The position numbers were made by a program, and so were the translations under genes. A model generated the notes under the pieces. The model worked only from the letters and a program-made list of their open reading frames with translations. It made no database searches and was not told the origin of the DNA. From the NCBI GenBank assembly GCA_046085905.1, contig JBJSWO010000042.1, positions 1 to 52,369 of the forward strand: DNA of 52,369 nucleotides, written 5' to 3'. Each line of letters starts with the position of its first letter. The first letter of the stretch is position 1. The DNA is from Actinomycetes bacterium. Its GTDB lineage: Bacteria > Actinomycetota > Actinomycetes > S36-B12. Shown here piece by piece: positions 26,311 through 35,183 of the stretch.

Positions 26311-27105
26311 GTGACATCTGAGTCGGCCGAAGCCGAGGTCCTGTTGATCGTGGCCACACTGGGCCGTCGGCCCGAGTACCTTCGCCAGACCCTCCAGTCG
26401 ATCCGCTCCCAGTCGGTCCCCGCCGACATCCTCATGGTCGCCCCCGTCGACGCACCGGGTCTGGCCGAGACGGCGGCCGAATTCGGCGTTCGCCTCCTGC
26501 CCGACCCAGGGAGCCTCCCCAAGGCCATCAATCTCGGGGCCCAGGAGGGCCTGAGGGCCCATAAATACCTCAACTGGCTCAATGACGACGATCTGCTCGA
26601 ACCGGGCTCCCTGGAGGCCACAAAAGCCGCCCTGGAGGCCGATTCCGGGGCCGTGGTCGCCTTCGGCGCCTGCCAGTACATCGACGGCCAGGGGCGACCC
26701 CTGTGGGTCAGCAAGGCCGGAAGCTGGGCCCCCCGCGTGCTCTCCTGGGGCCCTGACCTGATTCCGCAGCCGGGGATGCTCGTGCGGGCCGAGGCCTGGC
26801 GGCAGGTGGGCGGCCTCGACGCCAGCTACTCGCTGGCCTTCGATCTCGACCTGCTACTCCGCCTTAAGAAGCTCGGTCGACTGGTCGCTACCGGCACCAC
26901 GGTCTCCAGTTTCCGCTGGCATGCCGACTCCCTGACGGTCGATGACCGCACCACGAACCTGGTGGAGTCAGAGCGGGCCAAGCGAGCATCGCTCGGCCCC
27001 GCGGCCGTTCGCCTGGCCTGGTTGTGGGAGCCGCCAGTGAGGTTCGCGATTCGCCGAGCGGCCAATGCCGTTCAGCGACGTGCGCGCAAGATGAGTTCCT
27101 TGTAG
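26311..27105 (+). CDS. Family-2 glycosyltransferase
   Basis: VLLIVATLGRRPEYLRQTLQSIRSQS...YLNWLNDDDLLEPG...GMLVRAEAWRQVGGLD. Only the C-terminal 264 aa of the listed 415-aa ORF look like protein. GTG 26311 is the first plausible start clear of the opposite-strand gene. Confidence 0.7.
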   Translation: MTSESAEAEVLLIVATLGRRPEYLRQTLQSIRSQSVPADILMVAPVDAPGLAETAAEFGVRLLPDPGSLPKAINLGAQEGLRAHKYLNWLNDDDLLEPGSLEATKAALEADSGAVVAFGACQYIDGQGRPLWVSKAGSWAPRVLSWGPDLIPQPGMLVRAEAWRQVGGLDASYSLAFDLDLLLRLKKLGRLVATGTTVSSFRWHADSLTVDDRTTNLVESERAKRASLGPAAVRLAWLWEPPVRFAIRRAANAVQRRARKMSSL

Positions 27106-27851
27106 GCGAACACCTTCGCGAAGTGAATGCGAGTGTCGACCTGCTCGCGCAGCGCTGCAGTACCGGTAGGTCGGAGAATCTCGCGTCGGGCACGATGGAA
27201 CTCGCGAAAGGATTCCTGCCACTTCACTGATGAGACTCCGCCTTCCTCGAACTTCGCGATGACGAAGTCCACGACGAGGGGATCCGAGACTTTCGACAAT
27301 TCGAGGAATGCCGCATAGTCCGCAGCGATTCGATAAGAGGTGTCGAATCCTCCTATCGACGACAGCAGTTCACGCCGAGCGAGAGTCCCCTGATGCGGTG
27401 GGAAGTGCCCGCGGCCGAAGAGTGCACGCTTCTCGGCCGCGTAATCCCACGGCGGAGTGGTGACAGCTGACCCATCGGCACTCACGATGTCGACCGGACC
27501 GAAGAGCCATGACGGCGAATTCGTCTCAATTGCTACACGCAAGCGTGCGAGCACATCGCTGGATGCGAGAACATCTCCTGCATTCAGGAAATAGACGAAC
27601 TCTCCTGAAGCCTCTGCGATGCCGGCGTTCATTGCCGGATAGATGCCCGCGGGTGCCGTCCATGAATAGGAGTGAACAAGCCCAGCCGCATTTGCAATTG
27701 CACTCTCGATGACTGACGAATCACGTGAACTGTCGATGACGCAGAGCTCGACACCGAGAAGCTCCTGCGTGCGGATCGAATTGAGAGTCCTGATGAATCC
27801 ATCGGGATCATCCTTGACGACAGTGACGATGCTGAGCCAGGTATCGCTCAT
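27072..27851 (-). CDS. Family-2 glycosyltransferase
   Basis: WLSIVTVVKDDPDGFIRTLNSIRTQ...CVIDSSRDSS...YPAMNAGIAEASGEFVYFLNAGD. Start at ATG 27851, 1 nt after the upstream stop. The 3' end overlaps the convergent GT2 by 34 nt. Confidence 0.7.
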   Translation of the reverse strand: MSDTWLSIVTVVKDDPDGFIRTLNSIRTQELLGVELCVIDSSRDSSVIESAIANAAGLVHSYSWTAPAGIYPAMNAGIAEASGEFVYFLNAGDVLASSDVLARLRVAIETNSPSWLFGPVDIVSADGSAVTTPPWDYAAEKRALFGRGHFPPHQGTLARRELLSSIGGFDTSYRIAADYAAFLELSKVSDPLVVDFVIAKFEEGGVSSVKWQESFREFHRARREILRPTGTAALREQVDTRIHFAKVFAYKELILRARR

Positions 27852-27852
27852 C

Positions 27853-28704
27853 TCAGGCTCGCATCGACATCTGGTCGATAGGGGCCGGTTCAACCAGAAG
27901 GCACGAACCGTCGCGTAGGCGGCCGGATTCGAAGAGATCCATGAGTGCGATATTCAGTTTCCAGTCGATCGGCACGACAGGCGTCATCGGCAGTGCATCC
28001 ATTTCCTCCACAAGCACCGAGAGGAATTCACGGCGATAAAGAATCGCGCAGACCGTGTTCGTCACCGGGCGTGAAGCCGAGAGCACACTGCGCCGCACTG
28101 ATCCATCCCAGGCCGGCGCGATCACGGAACTCAGCAGATGCTCGATGCCGAGTTCGGCATTCGTGAACGATTGCGAGACATTCACGTAGCCAATGTTCGC
28201 GGGGCAATCGCGCATCAGCGCGACAAGGCCCCGAGCACAGTCATCGAGGTCGGGAGCGAAGGCATCGTCCTCGAGAATCAGCACCCACTCCGCGCCACTC
28301 GCGAGTCCGCCTCGCATCAGATCGAGATGCGAGAGCTCAATATTGACCAGTCGCCGAACGGATGCAGGCGAGGGAGAGCGGAATCGACGGGTCGCACGCC
28401 GAACGGTGCGAACCAGGGACCGTGCCGCATCGACAATGGAGGGGCTTCCTCCTGCCCGCAGGTAGGAGGCCCATTCGCCCTGCAGTCTCAGCTCTGCACT
28501 CAGGGTCTCCTGGACCACCGAGGCATCGATAGGCAACGAGTCTGGATCGTGAAGATTCCGCGTATTCACCTGCACGAGCGACCCGATGCCCGACCCCTGA
28601 AAGCGCTCGCGGAGGAAGGCGGCGAGTCCTTGTGGCCCTTGGCTTATGGCGAACCGCGAGCCCTCGTGGCTCACGACTCCGATGAAGCAGTCCACCTCAC
28701 TCAC
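27853..28704 (-). CDS. Hypothetical protein, GT25-like putative glycosyltransferase
   Basis: NIELSHLDLMRGGLASGAEWVLILEDDAFAPDLDD resembles the GT25 (LPS glycosyltransferase) SH...ILEDD pattern. The rest is unrecognised. Confidence 0.35.
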   Translation of the reverse strand: MSEVDCFIGVVSHEGSRFAISQGPQGLAAFLRERFQGSGIGSLVQVNTRNLHDPDSLPIDASVVQETLSAELRLQGEWASYLRAGGSPSIVDAARSLVRTVRRATRRFRSPSPASVRRLVNIELSHLDLMRGGLASGAEWVLILEDDAFAPDLDDCARGLVALMRDCPANIGYVNVSQSFTNAELGIEHLLSSVIAPAWDGSVRRSVLSASRPVTNTVCAILYRREFLSVLVEEMDALPMTPVVPIDWKLNIALMDLFESGRLRDGSCLLVEPAPIDQMSMRA

Positions 28705-28721
28705 CTCGGTAGGCTATCGGG

Positions 28722-30647
28722 GTGACCGACTCCGACCTCGACATGCGCGAGCCGGACGACGCGTCGGGGAGCCTGAACCACCTCGATTTCGGGCAGCCGA
28801 AGATCAGCTGGGCAGTCCGCAAGTCGATCAGCATGCTGCCCGAGGGCAAGCGACGCACCCTGATCTTCGCCGCGTGCATCCAGGTCGCACTGGGCCTCCT
28901 CGATCTCATCGGCATCGCGCTCATCGGGCTTGTGGCTGCAGTCGCCGTCTCGGGCCTCGGCGCCTCGAGCATCCCCCCGTGGGCAAGCGCGATGCTCGAC
29001 AAGATCGGGCTCGGCGGCTTGAGCATCTCGCAGCTCAGCGTGGTCCTCGCACTCTCGGCAGTGCTCGTTCTCGTGGCCAAGACGGTGCTGAGTGCCTTCA
29101 TGACCCGCCTCATCACCCGCTTCCTTGCCCACCGGCAAGCCGACCTGTCGGTCACGCTCGCGCGCGAGTTCCTGCGTCGGCCACTCGCCGAGGTTCAGAG
29201 GTGGACGACCTCGGAAGCCGTATATGCACTGGGCAATGGCGCCCAAGCTGCCACGGTGGTGCTGCTGGGTTCTGCGATCACGATTGCGTCTGAGACGTTC
29301 CTCTTCGCAATCATCGGCATCTCGCTCCTGGCTTACGACCCGATGATCACGATCGCTAGCGCGCTCTTCTTCGGGGTCATCGTCTTCATCCTTCATAACT
29401 TGCTGTCTCGATGGTCATCACGCAAGGCAGAGGTGATCAAGGAGACCAATATCGAGACGCTGAATGCCGTCTCCGAGGCTCTGTCGACCTATCGCGAGGC
29501 GAGCGTTCTCAATCGCCGTGACCTCTATGTCTCGCGGTACGAGGGAGTCGTGAATCGCTACGCCTCGGCGAGTGCTTCCATGTCGTTCATCGCCGAGGTG
29601 CCGAAGTATGTGCTCGAAGCTGCCCTATACGTGGGCTTGCTCTTCCTCGCCGTTCTCCAGTTCCTCACCAAGAACTGGGGTGCCGCTGCCTCGACCGTCG
29701 CTCTCTTCCTGGCCGCCGGTTCCCGAGTCATACCCTCCGTGCTCAGGCTGCAGGGCGCCGGAATCTCGATCCGAAATGCCTCCGTGATGGCCCAGCCCAC
29801 CTTCTTCATGTTCGACTACCTGCGCCGCCCCCTCGCACGGGGCTCGAAGGACTCCAGCGACCGAGTTACAGCGGATGTCATCCGTGAGCACATCGCGCGG
29901 GGCTACGGGGAGTTCAATGCCTCGGTCGAGGTGGTCGGAGTCTCGCTGACCTACCCGGAGGCCCCGGAACCTGCTTTGAACGACATCACGTTCACTGTGG
30001 CTCCGGGCGAATCGGTGGCCTTCGTCGGTTCAACGGGGGCGGGAAAGTCGACGCTGGCCGACGTCGTTCTCGGAGTGCTAAGCCCTGACTCCGGATCCGT
30101 CCTGATCGGTGGACTTGACCCCCGCGAGGCGATCAACACGTGGTCAGGAGCCGTCGCCTACGTGCCCCAGGCTGTCGCCCTAGTCGACGGCACGGTGCGC
30201 CAGAACGTCGCTCTCGGCATGCCCGACGAGGCGATCGACGATGAGCTCGTGTGGGATGCCCTTCGGCGGGCGCACCTCGCTCATTACCTCGATGACGAGC
30301 GCGAGGGTCTCGACACCTGGGTGGGCGAACGAGGCTTCAAACTGTCGGGCGGCCAACGTCAGCGGCTGGGTATCGCGCGTGCGCTCTACACCCGCCCCAA
30401 GCTCCTTATCCTCGACGAGGCAACGAGCGCCCTCGATGCCGAGACTGAACAGGCAATCGTGCAGACCCTTGCCGAGCTCGAAGGCGAGGTAACGACGATC
30501 ACGGTGGCCCATCGACTTGCCACTGTGCGCAACTGCGATCAGTTGCTTCTGCTCGAGAACGGCGTGGTGACTGCGCGCGGAACCTTCGATGAGCTTCGAG
30601 CAAAGTCCGATGAGTTCGATAACCAAGCCAATCTTCTGGGTCTCTAG
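28722..30647 (+). CDS. Fused TMD-NBD ABC exporter (MsbA / PglK-type half transporter)
   Basis: Six N-terminal hydrophobic helices. Walker A GSTGAGKST, signature LSGGQRQRLGIARAL, Walker B LLILDEATSALD, H-loop TVAHRL. GTG 28722 or ATG 28743 start. Confidence 0.85.
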   Translation: MTDSDLDMREPDDASGSLNHLDFGQPKISWAVRKSISMLPEGKRRTLIFAACIQVALGLLDLIGIALIGLVAAVAVSGLGASSIPPWASAMLDKIGLGGLSISQLSVVLALSAVLVLVAKTVLSAFMTRLITRFLAHRQADLSVTLAREFLRRPLAEVQRWTTSEAVYALGNGAQAATVVLLGSAITIASETFLFAIIGISLLAYDPMITIASALFFGVIVFILHNLLSRWSSRKAEVIKETNIETLNAVSEALSTYREASVLNRRDLYVSRYEGVVNRYASASASMSFIAEVPKYVLEAALYVGLLFLAVLQFLTKNWGAAASTVALFLAAGSRVIPSVLRLQGAGISIRNASVMAQPTFFMFDYLRRPLARGSKDSSDRVTADVIREHIARGYGEFNASVEVVGVSLTYPEAPEPALNDITFTVAPGESVAFVGSTGAGKSTLADVVLGVLSPDSGSVLIGGLDPREAINTWSGAVAYVPQAVALVDGTVRQNVALGMPDEAIDDELVWDALRRAHLAHYLDDEREGLDTWVGERGFKLSGGQRQRLGIARALYTRPKLLILDEATSALDAETEQAIVQTLAELEGEVTTITVAHRLATVRNCDQLLLLENGVVTARGTFDELRAKSDEFDNQANLLGL

Positions 30648-31490
30648 ATGACGGGCTTTTCCTCTGCAGACGTTTCCGCTGTGGTCTGCACGATGAATTC
30701 GATAAGCGGTGTTGAAAGCTGTCTGACCAGCCTGCGTGCTGCCGGTGTCGGTCAACTTGTTGTGGTCGATGCAAACTCCCACGATGGCACCAGGCAGGTT
30801 GCCGAGCGACTAGCCGACGTCGTGTTGAGCGATCCCGGCATAGGCCTGGGGATGGCCCGCAATGTGGGCATCGCGGTCTCCACGGAGCCACTCATTTTGA
30901 ACATGGGCTCCGACAATGTGATGCCTCCCGGTCAATTGCAACGCATGATCGACTACAAGTCTCGTGGCAAATTTGATGGAGTCAGTGCACAGACCCTGAT
31001 CGTAGGCGGCGACTATCTGTCTCAGAGCCTTAACTCGTGGCGCAAGGGCAGGTTCCGTCCGGGAAGGGCCGCCGTCATCGGAACCCCGACCCTCTTCAGC
31101 GGAGACTTGCTACGTCAGCACCCTTACGACCCGACACGTCGCTTCTCCGATGACTCCGAGCTCTGCGAGCGGTGGGAGAGAGATCTTGATGCAACTTTTG
31201 CAATCTCAGATGCTTATGTTGAGGAGATCGGCAAGACCTCGTGGAATGAGCTGGTAGTCAGGTGCCGTATGTACGGCATTTCCGACAAGGAAGTTTTCAC
31301 ACAGGGGCGTTCGAGCGGCTGGTCAGTTCAAAGACAACTGAAGTCACTCGCGCATCCGATGCGAGCCGACTTCATCGACCCTATAACGCACCTAAGTCCG
31401 CTGGAGGCCGCCAAGTCCGCGCCGTTCTTGGTTGCCTTCGCTGGTATGCGGTATGCGTTCTGGATCGCTAAGGTACTCGGGAGTCGCTAA
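30648..31490 (+). CDS. Family-2 glycosyltransferase
   Basis: Starts immediately after the ABC gene stop (TAGATG). VSAVVCTMNSISGVESCLTSL...LVVVDANSHDGTRQVAE...GMARNVG. Confidence 0.7.
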   Translation: MTGFSSADVSAVVCTMNSISGVESCLTSLRAAGVGQLVVVDANSHDGTRQVAERLADVVLSDPGIGLGMARNVGIAVSTEPLILNMGSDNVMPPGQLQRMIDYKSRGKFDGVSAQTLIVGGDYLSQSLNSWRKGRFRPGRAAVIGTPTLFSGDLLRQHPYDPTRRFSDDSELCERWERDLDATFAISDAYVEEIGKTSWNELVVRCRMYGISDKEVFTQGRSSGWSVQRQLKSLAHPMRADFIDPITHLSPLEAAKSAPFLVAFAGMRYAFWIAKVLGSR

Positions 31491-31548
31491 CTCGATCGTC
31501 GCGCCCAGTTCGGAAAAGCATAGCGAGGTTGCTTCAAGAGCTTGAACT

Positions 31549-31566
31549 ATCTCAGCCGCCTGAGAT
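31549..31566. terminator. Candidate hairpin between convergent genes
   Basis: ATCTCAG-ccgc-CTGAGAT (7-bp stem) in the 109-nt gap between the GT2 (+) and pseB (-). A second small GC hairpin GGGCC-caga-GGCCC lies at 31583-31596. Confidence 0.3.
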
Positions 31567-31599
31567 GCGCCTCCACATCAGAGGGCCCAGAGGCCCAAT

Positions 31600-32586
31600 T
31601 CATATTCGAAGTTTAGTGAGCAAGTCTCGAATCTGATCCACGTTGAGCCAGAGGTCATTTGCATCGGAGGTGTAAGAGAATCCATCTTCAACAGGGTCTC
31701 CGGCAGGAGAATTGAACCCCCAGTCAGCGAGCGTGGGAAGAACTACATATCGGTCTGCTTGCCGCAGAGTTCGGCGGGAATCCTCCGCAGAGATCATTTC
31801 CTCGTGCAGCTTCTCGCCCGGACGAATTCCGACCTCGACAAGTTCCGCGTCCGGCGCAACCGCTCGAGCCAAATCAACGACCTTCATGCTCGGAATGCGC
31901 GGGACGTAAAGTTCACCACCGGCCATGTCGCCAAACGAGCTCATCACGAACTCGACCGCTTGGGGCAGGGTGATCCAGAATCGGGTCATGCGCATGTCTG
32001 TAATAGGCAGCGGCTGACCGGATTCTGCGAGACGACGGAAGAAGGGGATGACTGATCCTCGGCTACCCATCACATTGCCGTACCGAACTACGGAAAAGTG
32101 TGTGTCGTAACCATTTGAGTAGTGGTTGCTTGAGATAAAGAGTTTGTCAGCCGTCAGCTTAGTTGCGCCGTACAGGTTGACCGGAGACGATGCCTTGTCA
32201 GTCGACAGTGCTACGACCTTCTTGACGCCTGCTTCTATGGAAGCTTGCATGACGTTCTCGGAACCCAATATGTTTGTTTTCACGTATTCCATTGGGTTGT
32301 ATTCAGCCGTGTCGACTTGCTTGAGGGCAGCGGCGTGGACCACAAGATCAACCCCATGCAAAGCCATCTTAAGACGGTCTCGGTCGCGTATATCTCCCAA
32401 GAAGAAGCGAACACGCGGGTCATCACCCCACTGCTGTCGCAATTCGTACTGCTTGAGTTCGTCTCGAGAGAAGACCGCCACTCGACGAGGATTATGTGAC
32501 GTAAGCGCCGACTCAAGAAAGGCCTTACCGAATGATCCGGTGCCGCCAGTAAGTAGAACCGATGCATTGTCGAGGTGATCGACCAT
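31600..32586 (-). CDS. pseB: UDP-N-acetylglucosamine 4,6-dehydratase (inverting), PseB/FlaA1 type
   Basis: VLLTGGTGSFGKAFLE...VFSRDELKQYELRQQW...RVRFFLGDIRDRDRL...HAAALKQVDTAEYNPMEYVKTNILGSENV...LSTDKASSPVNLYGATKL...FSVVRYGNVMGSRGSVIPFF...ITDMRMTRFWITL...GIRPGEKLHEEM is collinear with PseB/FlaA1. Start at internal ATG 32586 (MVDHLDNASVLLTGG). Confidence 0.85.
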   Translation of the reverse strand: MVDHLDNASVLLTGGTGSFGKAFLESALTSHNPRRVAVFSRDELKQYELRQQWGDDPRVRFFLGDIRDRDRLKMALHGVDLVVHAAALKQVDTAEYNPMEYVKTNILGSENVMQASIEAGVKKVVALSTDKASSPVNLYGATKLTADKLFISSNHYSNGYDTHFSVVRYGNVMGSRGSVIPFFRRLAESGQPLPITDMRMTRFWITLPQAVEFVMSSFGDMAGGELYVPRIPSMKVVDLARAVAPDAELVEVGIRPGEKLHEEMISAEDSRRTLRQADRYVVLPTLADWGFNSPAGDPVEDGFSYTSDANDLWLNVDQIRDLLTKLRI

Positions 32587-32612
32587 TGGTACTCCTGCCA
32601 GATTTGAGCAAC

Positions 32613-33455
32613 TCAGAGCAAAGATAGATGCACCATTGCGCACCCAGTAGCGTAGGGTCGAAGCGCACTAGACTGGTGTGTTAGTGCGGAGAAACTCTCG
32701 ACCTCCAACCAACCCAATTCTGGGTCGTAGGTGTAGAAAGCTTCGTTTCGAACCTGGAATCTGGGGTCAGAAGTAAGCGTTACCCAAGACGTCTCATCAT
32801 ATTCGAACTGGTGAGTGAAAAGTCCGAGGGAATCCTCATGGAGGATCGGGAGCCCCTTGCCAGCAGGGACTGAGATGAAGAGCGAGCCACCGGAGACGAG
32901 TAGGCGCGCCGCAGCATCCAGGAAAAGTTGATCCGTTTGAGGATCCCGAATTGCGACAGCACCTTCAGGCGTTCTGGATCTAACGAAAGCAGAACTCGAG
33001 TCAGATTCGGGTGAAGCGACATCAAAGCCAATATGTTCCAAAGTAGAAACGCAGGTGATTGCGTCGTAACGTCCGTCCGACGGCTGAGCGAGGAGGAAAT
33101 CCTCTACGCGCACAGGGGTCGAGAGCACCCGGTCGACTAGATCCGTGGGGTAACGAGTTTTTACCCTTGAAGGGTTGATGATGTCAATCCCCGTGAGAAG
33201 AGTGCCGCGATCCGCCACGGCGAACAGAACACCGAGCCATTCCGGCGGTGACATGGCCCATCCCACGTCGAGAAGTCGGTTAACACCTCCGAGTTGCCCC
33301 GCTACCCAAGGAACTTCTACGCATCGCTCCGAGAAGTCGCGGGTGTCAGGCCCGCGGAGTGGAGCCAGGACTCCAGCTTGCAGGCTCGCAAGACCTGCCT
33401 TCAAGACAACTTCAGATTCTGTGTTCGAACTCGAGTTCATTTGGACCCCCTCCAT
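32613..33455 (-). CDS. Hypothetical protein with class I methyltransferase-like fold
   Basis: RLLDVGWAMSP (degenerate motif I), YDAITCVSTLEHIGFD and LLVSGGSLFISVP. The assignment is weak. Confidence 0.4.
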   Translation of the reverse strand: MEGVQMNSSSNTESEVVLKAGLASLQAGVLAPLRGPDTRDFSERCVEVPWVAGQLGGVNRLLDVGWAMSPPEWLGVLFAVADRGTLLTGIDIINPSRVKTRYPTDLVDRVLSTPVRVEDFLLAQPSDGRYDAITCVSTLEHIGFDVASPESDSSSAFVRSRTPEGAVAIRDPQTDQLFLDAAARLLVSGGSLFISVPAGKGLPILHEDSLGLFTHQFEYDETSWVTLTSDPRFQVRNEAFYTYDPELGWLEVESFSALTHQSSALRPYATGCAMVHLSLL

Positions 33456-33498
33456 ATCCGTGAAGCCTCCAACCTACCGTGCATGGCACCATTGACCT

Positions 33499-34332
33499 AT
33501 GGCGACGTTATGTCTAGGCACTGCCCAATTGGGCTCGGCTTACGGCGTGACAAATTCGCGGGGCCGATTAGGTGATGCCGATTTGGACGGGATCATTCAA
33601 ATGGCTCATGTGCATGGCATAGTTTCGATAGATACGGCCCCGGCATATGGGAACTCTCAAACGAGACTCGCTCCTTATTGCCGTGATCTCGTAATCACGA
33701 CCAAGGTGAAAGCCAATTCGCACTCACCCATGCTCGATCAGGTTCGTGCGAGTTTGAGCCAGCTCGGCGTCTCATCGGTGAGAACTCTGCTGATTCATGA
33801 CTGGTTCATGCTCGATTCGACCCGCGCGGCAGCGGCTGCTAAGGAGCTCTCAGAAATCCGAGAACTTGGACTCGTCAGCGAAATCGGAGTTTCTGGCTAC
33901 GAGCCGGCTGATATTGAGAGAGCCCTGAAAGAGTTCGACCGCCTTGATGCGGTTCAATTTCCGGCGAGTGCCCTCGACTCAAGACTCAATCAACATTCCG
34001 TTTTGGCTGATCTCAAAACGGAAGGAACTCGAATTCAGGCTCGGAGCGTATTCCTGCAGGGTCTTTTGGCCGCCGAATGCACCGTCGCACTAGGCCAGCA
34101 CGCCGATGTTGTGCGCTTCCATGCAGAGTGTCGGGAGGCAGGAATTTCATCCCTGGAAGGTGCATTGGCGGTGGTCCGGGCTCTACCTTGGGTGTCGGAG
34201 ATCATCGTCGGCGTGACGTCGGGACAAGAGCTCGGAGAGATTTTCTGTGCTTGGGATTCTCCTTTGCCAGAATTCATGAATTTCACGGCATCACAAGATC
34301 TCGCGCTTATTGATCCCCGAAACTGGGCATAA
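33499..34332 (+). CDS. Aldo/keto reductase family oxidoreductase
   Basis: LCLGTAQLGSAYG N-terminus and IDTAPAYGNSQ (the AKR Asp/Tyr signature). 277 aa. Confidence 0.7.
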   Translation: MATLCLGTAQLGSAYGVTNSRGRLGDADLDGIIQMAHVHGIVSIDTAPAYGNSQTRLAPYCRDLVITTKVKANSHSPMLDQVRASLSQLGVSSVRTLLIHDWFMLDSTRAAAAAKELSEIRELGLVSEIGVSGYEPADIERALKEFDRLDAVQFPASALDSRLNQHSVLADLKTEGTRIQARSVFLQGLLAAECTVALGQHADVVRFHAECREAGISSLEGALAVVRALPWVSEIIVGVTSGQELGEIFCAWDSPLPEFMNFTASQDLALIDPRNWA

Positions 34333-34358
34333 ATAGATCGTTCTGTGAGACTTGTCTT

Positions 34359-35135
34359 GTGACCATTCTTGCCATCGTACAAGCCCGCATGACGTCGACC
34401 CGATTCCCAGGAAAGGTACTCTCGCCTCTTCTGGGCGAGCCGATGATACTGCGCCAGCTAGAAAGGGTTTGCCGCGCAAGACACCTAGAGAGTCTCATTA
34501 TTGCCACCTCAACAGATCCGAGTGATGACCCGCTGGTTGAAGTTCTCGAAACGGCGGGCTACTCGGTTTTCCGTGGGCCCCTAGATGACGTTCTCGCCCG
34601 CTTCATTGGCGCTATCGACGACTTCCAAAGCAGGACCGGCTGCATGGTCGACGTCGTGGTCAGGTTGACAGCGGACTGCCCTTTGGCTTCCCCCGAAGTG
34701 ATCGACGAGGTCATTGATGTATTCCAATCTTCAGCGGCCGACTATGTCTCGAATACGATGACACCGACCTTTCCAGATGGCCTCGATGTGGAGGTAATCA
34801 AGGTCGAAGTGCTCCGTGAAGTTGCATCGGTGGCAATCGATCCTCCTGAGCGCGAGCATGTGACACTGGGTGTGTACAGGAGAAATAGGACGTACGCGAT
34901 CGGCAACTACAGCGATTCACGAAACAACTCCGATCTGCGTTGGACGGTGGACACGCCCGAGGACCTGGCCTTCGTTTCTCAAGTGTACGAAGCTCTATAT
35001 CCGAATGATTGTGAATTTGAATATCAGGATGTCCTGGACTACCTCCAGAATTATCCAGAAAGAAGTAGGACTATTCGGGATGCTGCCAGGAACGCAGCAC
35101 TCAAGGAAATCGACACTGGAGCCATGAATGCCTAG
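34359..35135 (+). CDS. SpsF-type cytidylyltransferase (COG1861-like, CMP-/CDP-sugar forming)
   Basis: MTILAIVQARMTSTRFPGKVLSPLLGEPMILRQLERV is the typical N-terminus of SpsF-like acylneuraminate-cytidylyltransferase-fold proteins. GTG start. Confidence 0.7.
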   Translation: MTILAIVQARMTSTRFPGKVLSPLLGEPMILRQLERVCRARHLESLIIATSTDPSDDPLVEVLETAGYSVFRGPLDDVLARFIGAIDDFQSRTGCMVDVVVRLTADCPLASPEVIDEVIDVFQSSAADYVSNTMTPTFPDGLDVEVIKVEVLREVASVAIDPPEREHVTLGVYRRNRTYAIGNYSDSRNNSDLRWTVDTPEDLAFVSQVYEALYPNDCEFEYQDVLDYLQNYPERSRTIRDAARNAALKEIDTGAMNA

Positions 35136-35145
35136 ATGGAACGGC

Positions 35146-35173
35146 AACGGGTCGGCGATTCGCCACCGTTTTT
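35146..35173 (+). terminator. Candidate rho-independent terminator or attenuator
   Basis: AACGG-gtc-GGCG-att-CGCC-a-CCGTT imperfect stem followed by a T run (35169-35173, ccgTTTTTg), 11 nt after the cytidylyltransferase stop and 11 nt before the next start. Confidence 0.3.
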
Positions 35174-35183
35174 GTGAGAGCAC

